From Chloroflexota bacterium (GTDB lineage: Bacteria > Chloroflexota > Dehalococcoidia > Lucifugimonadales > HRBIN23): a DNA stretch of 64,000 nucleotides. Below the pieces are notes generated by a model, which was given only the letters and a program-made list of their open reading frames with translations, did no database searches and had not been told where the DNA came from. The stretch's first letter is position 1. Each line of letters opens with the position of its first letter. Positions 41,901 through 47,200 of the stretch are shown here, piece by piece. The translations under genes were made by a program, and so were the position numbers. Where the stretch lies: assembly GCA_016210325.1 (NCBI GenBank), contig JACQUK010000112.1, positions 598-64,597 of the forward strand, written 5' to 3'.

Positions 41901-44169
41901 CACTGATAGCGTGGCGCTGAACCCGACGTGGGACTACACGGTTCCGGGTAGGGTCAACGTGTCCCTGACGGTCACTGGGCCCGCCGGCGTCTTCACGGTG
42001 GTAGGGCGCGGCGAGGACTTCAATAACAACGGTGTGTTGGACCCGGGCGAGGACCAGAACGGGGACGGCGTCCTGGACCGGGGCTTCGTTGTGGTGGCCG
42101 CGCAGCCGGTCGCCGACTTCGATACCAGCGAAGACCTGAACGGGAACGGAGTGCTGGATGCCGGCGAGGACGTCAACGGCAATGGCGAGCTGGACGCCGA
42201 GACCGGTCTGGGCAATGTGACCGCGGCACCGCTGGTGGCCCGCCTGCGCGACCTCTCGTCGGGCGACCCCACCCGCTGGGAGTGGCGTATCTACGAGGAT
42301 GTGAACGGCAACGAGGCCTTCGATGAGGGTGTGGACACCCTCCTGACGTGGACCAAGGTGGGCGATACGTGGCAGGAGGACCCGGCGGGCGCCCAGATTA
42401 TCACCGACCGGCACCCCAAGGTGCGCGTCAACCGCGGCGGTGACTTCCACGTGAGCCTGCGCGTCTTCCGCGCCTTCAGTCCGTTAGAATTTGGTTCAGA
42501 GATATTGACGCGCGAGGTCATCATCCGTACCATCAGGGCAAGCTTCACGGCGGACCCGCTGGATGGGCTGGCGCCGCTGAGCGTAGACTTCGATGACACC
42601 TCCTCCGAGGGCAAGATTGACCTGGTCTCCTGGGACTTTGATGTTACAGCAGGGGAGTTGGATGCCCAAGGAAACTACATCGGCGTCTTCGAGACGACGG
42701 GCTCCAATCCTACCCGCATCTACCAGCGGGCTGGGACGAAGACCGTGGTGATGAAGGTGGTCGGCCCTGCCGGCGAGGCCTTCCTGATATTGCATGACTT
42801 GATCACCGTCAGGGAGCAGGCCGTAGCTGGGTTCACGCTGGCTGACGGCTACACGCCGGACGGCGCGGCGCCCCACATGGTGCAGCTCCAGGATGCCTCT
42901 CAGGGCCACCCGTCTCGCTGGGAGTACCGGGTGTACCGCGACAACGGCGACAGCGTGTACCAGAGCGACTTGGACACCGAGCTCAAGTGGACCTATGCCG
43001 ACACCGATGGTGATGGCATAGCGGAGACGTGGGTGTACGACTCCAGCGGACGGCCGGACATCCCTGACCAGGGCCCCAGAATCCGGTTCGACGAGGGCGG
43101 CACGTTCCACATCACGCAGGTGGTGCAGAACAACAACAACACCTCTGACCCCTTCGTGCGGCAGGACTTCATCCATGTGCTGCGGGTCGTCCTGGCCACC
43201 AACCCGGGCTATGACGTCAACCGAGAGATTGTCATTGACCCCCATACCCTGGTGGACTTCGACGCCAGGGCGTCGGAGGGCAACATCATCCAGGTGAGCT
43301 GGGCCTTCGAGAACCGCGACCGCAACGGCAACGGCGTGCTGGACCCGGACGAGCGGGTGTTCACGGAGACCGCGGCGGTGCCGCCGGACGACAACCTGCG
43401 CCGGCAGCACACGTACCACGCCCTGGGCACCTTCTTTGCCACTGTCCGCATCACCGATGGGACCATGGTGGACCGGTTCACGGTGAAGGTGATTGTGGCG
43501 GAGCAGCCAGACGCGGCCTTCGCCATCATCAATCCTCCAGGTGGGACCTGGGGGGCGACGCCAGCAGCCAATGGCGACCCGCTGAGGCTGATGCTCCAGG
43601 ACACGTCCTCAGGCGGCCCGACGCAGCGCCGGTTCACGGTGACCAACCTGGACCTGCCCGAGGGTGATCAGGACAGGGTGCAAGTCCGCGATGCCTCGTT
43701 CGACCAGGGGAACGGCAGGTGGATCGCGGTGTTTGACCTGCCGCGGGGTGGTAGGTACAGCGTGCGCCTGGACGTCAGCAACGCCCGCGGTGTGGACAAT
43801 GCTGCGCTGGCGGACCCGCTGGAGGTCATACGTGCTGCCTTCGAGGCCCTGAACGGTCGTACAGGCGTGACCTCCGATGTAGGCAAGCCGGGGGCGAGCG
43901 GCAATCCGCACGTCCTGGTGGTGAGGGCTGGCGACCGGGTGGACTTCACCTCCAGCACCGTGGCGGAGATGGGGAGCACCATCAACCGGGTGTACTGGTA
44001 CTTTGTGTGGCCGGAGCGGAGCTCCGCCAGGCGCTCCAGCAACGATGACCCGTCATACACCTACGCGGCTGGCGACCTGACGGGCGGCCCGAAGAAGGTC
44101 CGGCTTATTGCAGTGGGCGATGGCGGCTCGACGGATGTGTACATGGTGATCGAGGTGGAGCAGCCATAA
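29929..44169 (+). CDS. Giant secreted multidomain surface protein 1 (4746 aa): signal peptide, PKD, 25 Big_2-type Ig domains, double BNR/Ycf48-like propeller, EF-hand-like loops, cohesin-like module, PKD-like module array
   Basis: Single ORF in the track with a TTG start after GGGAG. Signal peptide LGLLVALSVVGALLLLSRSAQA. The domain motifs are listed in the sub-features. Confidence 0.9.
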   Translation: MLWKVLSAKSQVTLGLLVALSVVGALLLLSRSAQALRLTVDNLPGSVSSGNLLDFDLTAEFEAGDLVPFQEFRLDILGPSPIIARFRFDGTVLVKDPAVVSITSVPTPCFTFGYGYRFAQTPDDNGNGKPPFGIPGAGEDNLHRESFGYGFGFGYGYGYGYSPVPPCSVKFHVVVDTSVGPMEPGDYEVRFSWATGMPNKPTFDAAPGHFTIVGGVLTADFENVPDRGVAPLDVQFTDRSVPVGQITDWAWTFFEDLNGNNVPDPGEVLGLSTLQDPLMHFDQGGDISVRLRVSNGPVTDTVIHINAVRILELADILANGSSAPVTVAAGDTVNFTGITRGAVTAYSWDLDGDGIADSTDASPSHVYTQAGTYDVSLRVLGFDGVLTDTLVKAGFVNVNPGQLTEVVVTPPAATTQVAGAGVQFSAQARDQFGNVFPPGVLPLAWSLDEADTGGAAVDQTGFFAPGTGARVLTVRATATQNGVERSGTARVTVEPGPLDRVDVTPNPAVVPVQGQQQFAAAGFDAFNNPIPGLAFAWELVNGPPDGALDQSGLFTAGTTSGTFNNTVQATATYKGSTRSGAATVIIPAGPLSRVVVTPPAAVTEVAGAQVQFTARAEDELGNPLDLPFFWEIVEADRGGASIDQAGRFTPGTGARVLTVRATATQDGVVRSGTAQVTVEPGPLDQVTVTPDPVSLRINEQRQFAAAGSDAFGNPIPGLAFAWALVNGPPDGSLDQTGLFTAGTTVGTFNNTVRAMATYKGSTKSDAATVTVLPGPLDHVVIDPKVKTLRVRETHLFTAQAFDQANNPIQGLVPQWTGLAGGTVDQNGLFTAGTVAGTFDPAVQVCMTQNGTTKCDTAKVVVQPGPLVQVVVTPDPGETDVLGQIQFSAQGKDQFGNVIQEGLAPFQWSVVGSPVPGTIDGNTGLFTAGQVAGFFLDAIRAQTQGASGGPVAGTADVVIRAGRLTTLDVMPDDAIVPLLGTNQFVAVARDQFGNLFGPELTIVWEILEPDSDTVLQPVEPGNPLLQQFMVGTKAGTVHVRATATKGADVLSDTSTVTIPPDPLDGVVFEPDPLAVSVNQQAQVTGNPVDQYGNVIPGIPVTLFGENLPSDGIFDPATGIFTAGSQMGLFPKAFKGEATEHGWRGALQGAAGLNAVFFTDASTGWAVGNGGLILHTEDGGRSWGVQSSGTTEDLHGVSFANASEGHAVGANGTILTTVDGGERWMPQAPPAGMVDSFFDVFFTDASTGVAVGTNGAIITTQDGGATWQAQQSGVTTTLRGVYLTDSSTGYAVGDNGTFVKTTQGGAEWKPEDLPEGIPADSFFDVFFTDSSTGWVVGANGAIIHTEDGGATWQAQQSGVNGTLRGVHMTDASTGWAVGDNGTVLTTVNGGANWTPEAPPPGVAAESFFDVFFTDASTGWAVGSRITIIARASPWAIQLTAIDLRGADCVNGLICWAVGLKGQALHTTDGGVSFSALNTGTEDDLLAVDFVDAQHGWAVGANGTVLKAIDGGATWQLQASNTAVTLRGVSFVDAQRGWVVGEGGTVLATADGGATWAPQGSGIGSPLNGVYFVDAQKGWVVGDGGVILATANGGNTWTTQVSGTGQALRAVQMVSATKGWAVGASGTILATADGGSNWAAQASGTVAGLNDLFFLDDTTGWAVGTGGTVLHTGDGLAWAAQASGTTADLYAVTGGGLSPAVYLFAFGDSSTALRYGRFAWGYGDLRVLGELARVVVTPAEATTEAGGAAVQFSAQGQDAGGNVLDVPIVWSIDEADAGGSQVDQTGLFTPGTKAGTYTVRATATQDDIVKSGTARATVNPGPLAEVVVTPAEATTEAGGAAVQFSAQAKDAFGNVLGVPLVWSIDEADTGGASVDQNGLFTPGAGARVLTVRAEASQNGIVRSGTAQVRVEPGPLARVDVTPNPVTLRVQGQQQFGAAGFDALNNPIPGLAFTWLLVNGPADGSLSAAGLLHAGTTPGTFTNTVQATATFKGATVSGAATVNVLAGLLNQVVVTPAEATTEVSGATVQFSAQARDAFGNAINLPIAWSIDEADAGGASIGQTGLFTPGTGARLLTVRATAAEEGLVRSGTARVTVEPGALRQVVVTPNPASVPTLGQQQFGAVGFDRFGNPIAGLVFGWAVVNGPPDGFIDGAGLFRGGVTAGTFVNTVQATATFKGATVSGFATVTILPGPLARVVVTPAQATTEVGGAAVQFAARAEDEHGNAINLPISWSIDEADRGGAAVDHAGLFTPGTKAGAFTVRAAASQGGVERSGTAQVTVEPGRLARVVVSPDPAAVALQGQQQFAAAGFDAFNNAIPGLVFGWALVNGPADGSLSGAGLFQAGTTAGTFAGTVQATATYKGATISGVATVTVLPGPLARVVVTPAQAPAEAGGAAVQFTGRAEDEYGNVLNLPMSWSIDEADAGGAGIDQTGLFTPGTGARVLTVRATATQGNVVQSGTAQVTVEPGPLARVVVSPDPAVVALEGQQQFAAAGFDAFNNPIAGLAFGWALVNGPADGSLSGTGLFQAGTTPGTFADTVEATATYKGAPVSGAATVIVPVGALARVIVTPAEATTEVGGAAVQFSARVEDDLGNEVLGALVVWSIDEADRGGAQIDQTGLFTPGTGARALTVRATATKDNLAGSGTARVTVEPGPLARVVVSPDPAVVALEGQQQFAAAGFDAFNNPIAGLVFGWALVNGPADGSLSGAGLFQAGTTAGTFADTVQATATYKGAQVSGDATVTVLTSALARVVVTPSQATTEVGGAAVQFTGRAEDEHGNVLGLPMSWSIDEADRGGASIDQTGLFTPGTGARVLTVRATATQNGVERSGTAQVTVEPGPLARVDVTPNPAVVALEGQQQFAAAGFDAFNNPIAGLAFGWALVNGPADGSLSAAGLFQAGTTPGTFADTVQAEATYKGATVSGAATVIVPVGALVRVIVTPAQATTAVGGATVQFSGRAEDAFGNLLNLAMTWTIDEPDTGGASIDQTGLFTPGTGARVLTVRASVTQGDVSRSGTARATVEPGPLAQVVVTPNPATVPILGQQQFAAAGFDAFNNPIPGLPFGWDLVDGPADGSLSPAGLFQAGTTAGTFVDTVRATATYKGATVSGRATVSIPVGPLHRVVVTPPEGVTQVAGAAVQFSAQVQDAFGNVLDLSMEWSIDEANTGGASIDQTGRFTPGTRAGTFTVRATAVQDGLASGTALVMVRPGPLAAVTMFINEDLNGNGALDAGEDLNGNAALDTRLSLDPAVVDMTQQVRFFAESTDAFGNVKTNGVALAWNLTDARAGTVDQSGRFVAGLVAGAFPGVVRVGATEGALGVSDTNGVTVVTAVVAVLPQKDGFQDTVIEVPVTFINVPAPGLGSYRIRVRITDRNVARLAGVSQADVLVPGDAPFTSFGTFIVLDDHTVDFGGSIPGPVGPTGTVRVASVRIRMAGAPGSGTAVVVFDVMANDAQGGATTVLRADGHLTVATADFAAAPAPAKGQAPLDVQLTDHSTGNPYAWGWSIYQDNGDELFNAASDVLLKWTKAGDTWVEDAAGVTSIPDQNPKVRFGRGGDFHVALTVTIDPSTTTVVKPLLVRTLLPSFTLAPSLGTAPLGVQITDSTQGTVSGWDYEIYREATGNNSLDIGGDTLVAWGKVDTDSNGTPDTWVEGAGAVTSIPERNPRVRFDKGGIYHVRSVVTGPAGTFATTHQAAVTVLRADFSAALAAGQAGTVDPATGRVEGVLTRDDPEFDVQFTQRAEGPAVAYAWDFNLQPSELDAGGSYIGSFDSSDPNPTYPYTSAGSYTVLLRVTGGGLDDREIKAGIVLVHQAPLADFTNDPATPPRGQAPLTVQLQDLSQGDNPRAFDYEVRLDDGDGALDAAQDTLLTWSKVDTNSDGTPDTWVEDAAGVTSIPDQDPRVRFDRGGDFHVTQMVTNAFGVDSVVRALFVRVLKINFSGTDFEDKVAYALPASPLQLIIPSQDDPNTLAVVENRVQFAGVISGTVTSVAWDLNGDGVTDSVALNPTWDYTVPGRVNVSLTVTGPAGVFTVVGRGEDFNNNGVLDPGEDQNGDGVLDRGFVVVAAQPVADFDTSEDLNGNGVLDAGEDVNGNGELDAETGLGNVTAAPLVARLRDLSSGDPTRWEWRIYEDVNGNEAFDEGVDTLLTWTKVGDTWQEDPAGAQIITDRHPKVRVNRGGDFHVSLRVFRAFSPLEFGSEILTREVIIRTIRASFTADPLDGLAPLSVDFDDTSSEGKIDLVSWDFDVTAGELDAQGNYIGVFETTGSNPTRIYQRAGTKTVVMKVVGPAGEAFLILHDLITVREQAVAGFTLADGYTPDGAAPHMVQLQDASQGHPSRWEYRVYRDNGDSVYQSDLDTELKWTYADTDGDGIAETWVYDSSGRPDIPDQGPRIRFDEGGTFHITQVVQNNNNTSDPFVRQDFIHVLRVVLATNPGYDVNREIVIDPHTLVDFDARASEGNIIQVSWAFENRDRNGNGVLDPDERVFTETAAVPPDDNLRRQHTYHALGTFFATVRITDGTMVDRFTVKVIVAEQPDAAFAIINPPGGTWGATPAANGDPLRLMLQDTSSGGPTQRRFTVTNLDLPEGDQDRVQVRDASFDQGNGRWIAVFDLPRGGRYSVRLDVSNARGVDNAALADPLEVIRAAFEALNGRTGVTSDVGKPGASGNPHVLVVRAGDRVDFTSSTVAEMGSTINRVYWYFVWPERSSARRSSNDDPSYTYAAGDLTGGPKKVRLIAVGDGGSTDVYMVIEVEQP
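31130..33340 (+). other. Array I of about 8 Big_2-type bacterial Ig-like domains (protein 1)
   Basis: Repeated V(V/T)VTP.P....V.G...QF.A.A.D.FGN ... G.FTAG...G.......A .. G..SG.A.V.V units. Confidence 0.65.
33355..35070 (+). other. Two consecutive BNR/Ycf48(PSII_BNR)-like beta-propellers, 13-14 blades (protein 1)
   Basis: 13 recurrences of the blade motif, e.g. TEDGGRSWGVQ, QDGGATWQAQQSG, IDGGATWQLQ, ADGGSNWAAQ. Each is followed by L.GV.F.D...GWAVG..GT(I/V)L.T. Confidence 0.7.
35090..39540 (+). repeat. Array II: 16 Big_2-type domains in alternating A/B types, coded by near-identical tandem DNA repeats (A+B pair period about 555-560 nt)
   Basis: Type A is VVVTPA(E/Q)ATTEVGGAAVQF...WSIDEAD.GGA. 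Type B is VVV(S/T)P(D/N)PAVVALEGQQQFAAAGFDAFNNPIAGL.FGWALVNGPADGSLS. Long, almost identical nucleotide blocks occur at about 37321, 37871 and 38431. Confidence 0.85.
39577..39648 (+). other. Paired EF-hand-like Ca-binding loops (DLNGNGALDAGE-DLNGNAALDTRL)
   Basis: The first 12-residue loop fits the canonical EF-hand loop positions 1,3,5,6,8,9,12 (D-x-N-x-N-G-x-L-D-x-x-E). Similar pairs occur at 42016-42087 and about 42127-42200 (protein 1), about 46811-46890 (protein 2), and about 53848-53915 and about 59140-59212 (protein 3). Confidence 0.6.
39905..40320 (+). other. Cohesin-like beta-sandwich module (tentative)
   Basis: VVAVLPQKDGFQDTVIEVPVTFINVPAPGLGSYRIRVRITDRNVARLAGV...GTVRVASVRIRMAGAPGSGTAVVVFDV resembles the cohesin pattern. 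That pattern has a selected element giving V.VPV.., an identity-like I.yD stretch, and a tail G.la.i.f.v. The call is from memory only. Confidence 0.3.
40320..44166 (+). other. Array of PKD-like modules, several carrying a conserved acidic insertion (protein 1 C-terminal third)
   Basis: Recurring ADF...G.APL.VQL.D.S.G.P..W.W.IY.D.NG......D.LL.W.K...(D.DG.PD)TWVEDAAGVTSIPDQ.P.VRF.RGGDFHV. Canonical PKD units (WD.NGDG..DS....P...Y...G.Y.V.L.V) are interspersed. Confidence 0.6.
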
Positions 44170-44205
44170 CCCGCGCCAGAATAATATGGAGTAATCTATC
44201 GTATT

Positions 44206-47200
44206 ATGCGCTTTTCGTCGAAGGGAGCAGCCCCTGACTGGCATCTGAAACTCGTGCTGGCGGCCCTCCTGGTAGTGGGAGGGCTGCTGGCCGTTTCAGG
44301 GGCAGTCCTCGCCATCGCTCCGGTGGCTGATTTCATCAACGACCCGGCCACGCCGCGCCTTGGGGCCTTCCCGGCGCAGGGTACGTTCGATGTTAGCCTG
44401 CTGGACACCTCGGACAATGCCCCTACCTCCTGGGACTGGCGTGTCTATCTGGACAATGGCGATGGGGTCCTGAACGACGCCGATGGGGATGGCACGCCGG
44501 ACCCTGGCACTGACACAGCGGTAACGTGGCGCCTGGATGGCGCCAGCTTCGTACAGGACGCAGCGGGGGCCATTACCGTCATCCAGGGCAACACCGATAC
44601 TGAGCGGGACCCGTTCCTGAGCTTCAGCCGCGGTGGCGACTACCACGTGCGGCTGGTGGCCACCGGGGATGGCTCCTCGCCTCCGAAGGTCCAGAACAAC
44701 TTCATCCGCATCCTCCGGACAGCTTTTGCGGCGAACAGCAACGACGCTGGCGCCACGTGCAGCAACGTCTCCACCACCTCGGGCGCCACCTGCGACGGCA
44801 CCTCGGTGCCCTTCACGGTGTCCTTTGTCGGTACGTCAGAGGGGACAATCACCGCCAGGGCCTGGGACTTCAACGGCGACGGTGTCGTGGACTCCAACGT
44901 CCAGGCCCCGGCCCCGTTCGTCTACGCGGAGCCGGGCACCTTCACCGTCACCGAGACAACCAGCGGACCCGCGGGCACCCACACAGCCCGGCTGACCGTC
45001 CGGGTGTTCCAGATCCCCAGCGCCTCCTTTAGCGGGACGCCCAGGTCCGGCGTGGTGAACGCCCAGGGACAGTTCACCGTCAACTTCGTGGACGAGTCCA
45101 CGGGTAACCCTTCCCGCTGGGTCTGGGACTTCGGCGACGGCTCCAGTCTAAATACCCAGGACCCCGCACAGCGAAACCCGTCCCACGTCTACCAGCGCGG
45201 TGGCGTGTTCACGGCCACCCTGACGGTTAGCAACCCCACCCTGCCCAACGGTGACACGGAGGCGAAGGCGGACTATGTCCGCGCCCTCCAGGCGGACTTT
45301 GGCACCCGGCCAGGCGCCGGACAACCTGTGACGTTTGCCGCTATCACCAGGACCATCCCACCGGGCCAAGTCTGCTCTACCGGGCAGGCGGGCGCCGATG
45401 TGATTTTCGTTGACCAGAGCCTGGGGAGGCCGGCTGCGGGGGTCCAGTGGGACTGGGATTTTGGGGATGGCAGTGGACTTATCACCAACGTGGAGGCCCA
45501 GGGGCTGGAGCCGACCCACTGCTACACCAGCAGCGGGACCTTCAATGCCACGCTGAGGCTTTCCACGGGCATTGGCACCCATGCAAAGGCCCGCGCTGGG
45601 CTGGTGACGGTGGCCAAGACCCCGCTGGCGGAGTTCCTGGCAGCGCCCACCAGCGGGGGAGTGCTCACCCGAGTGCTGGCCAACGGCGCCACCGAGGTCA
45701 CCCCGGTCCAGATCGCCCTGGTAGACCAGTCCGCCAACGTGCCAACGGGCTGGTCGTGGCGCATCTACGTAGACGGCAACGCTGACCAGGTGCTGAACGA
45801 CGCCGACGGGGATGGGGTGCCAGATGCGGGTACAGACACGCTGGTGACCTGGCGGCAGGACGGCAACACCTTTGTCCAAGACGTGGCTGGGGCCATCAGC
45901 GCGGTTGCGGGCACCACCGACACCGAGCGCAACCCGGTGCTGAAGTTCAACCGGGGCGGCGGCTATCACGTACGTCTGGTGGCTTCCAACCTGGCAGGCG
46001 CTTCAGCGCCCAGGGTGCGGAACCGGTACATCCGCGTCCTGAGGTCGGACTTTGAGGCCCGCTCTGCGGGAGGGGCCTTTGGAACGGCCCCGCTGACGGT
46101 CAACGTTGGGGCTACGGTTGACTTCCGGATCACCACCGAGGGGACCGTGACCTCCCGGGAGTGGGATGTCAACAACGATGGGATCACGGATGGCACCGGC
46201 ACGGCCCTAAGCTTCCAGTACGGGACCGGCGGGACCTTCACGGTGGTGTTTCGCTCCATCGGCCCGGCTGGCACCAGCCAGATGGTGCGGGAAGGATTTG
46301 TCATTGCTCGTCCCCCGCCAACGGCTGACTTCATGGCCAACCCTCTGACACCGGCGCGGCGCCCCTTTGAAACGGGCTTAATGATTGAGGGCAAGCCTGC
46401 CGTGGGCCTGGTGGATCTCTCCACCGAGGCCCCTGACCGCTGGCAGTGGACGGTCTATGAGGACACCAATAGCAACGGTGTGTTGGACGAGGGCGCGGAT
46501 ACTGTCGTGCGGTGGACGCAGGCGGGGGCCAACTTCACGCAGGACCCTCAGGGCGCCCTTGGCGCCATCGAGGGGACCGACGCCAACGTCTACCAGAACC
46601 CCATCCTGCTGTTCGGCCGCGGCGGCGACTACCACGTGAAGCTGGTGGCCAGTAACGTGGTAGGTGCGTCTCAGCCCAGGCCGCGCCCTCTCTTCGTGCG
46701 CATCATCAAGGCCCAGTTTGCTGCCTTGAGCAACACCGCAGGGGCCCAGTGTCCCGCTGTGGACGGCTCTTGCCGTGGAGGCGTCCCCCTCGTCGTCCGC
46801 TTCATTGCCAACGAGGATGCCAACGGGAACAAACTCCTTGACGCTGGCGAGGACCTGAACGCCAACGGGGCGCTGGATGTGCTGGCGGAGGGCACAGTCA
46901 CCAGCTATGCGTGGGACCTGAACGGTGATGGTCTAACCGACAGCACCGCTGCGAACCCGACCTTCAACTACACGACGCCCAGTAACTTCAATGTTACGTT
47001 GCGAGTGACTGGCCCCGCCGGCAGCAGCACCGTGCTCAAGCAGGCGCTGGTCAGGACCTTCCAGCCGGTCGCGGCGGACCTCTCGGGCACGCCCAGGGCG
47101 GTGGCTTCAGGGAACACCGTGCAGTTCACTGACCTCAGCGTGGGCAACCCCGACACCTGGCAGTGGGCCTTCTTCCAGGACGAGGACGGGGATGGCGTGC

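Noticed and set aside
30486-44060. Many minus-strand and off-frame ORFs inside giant gene 1, for example 32199-33719 (506 aa), 34168-35835 (555 aa), 35082-36755 (557 aa) and 37551-38645 (364 aa).
   Set aside because: - They are antisense or out-of-frame shadows of the 4746-aa ORF.
- They are repetitive only because they mirror the Big_2 repeats.
- They have no start context or domain content of their own.
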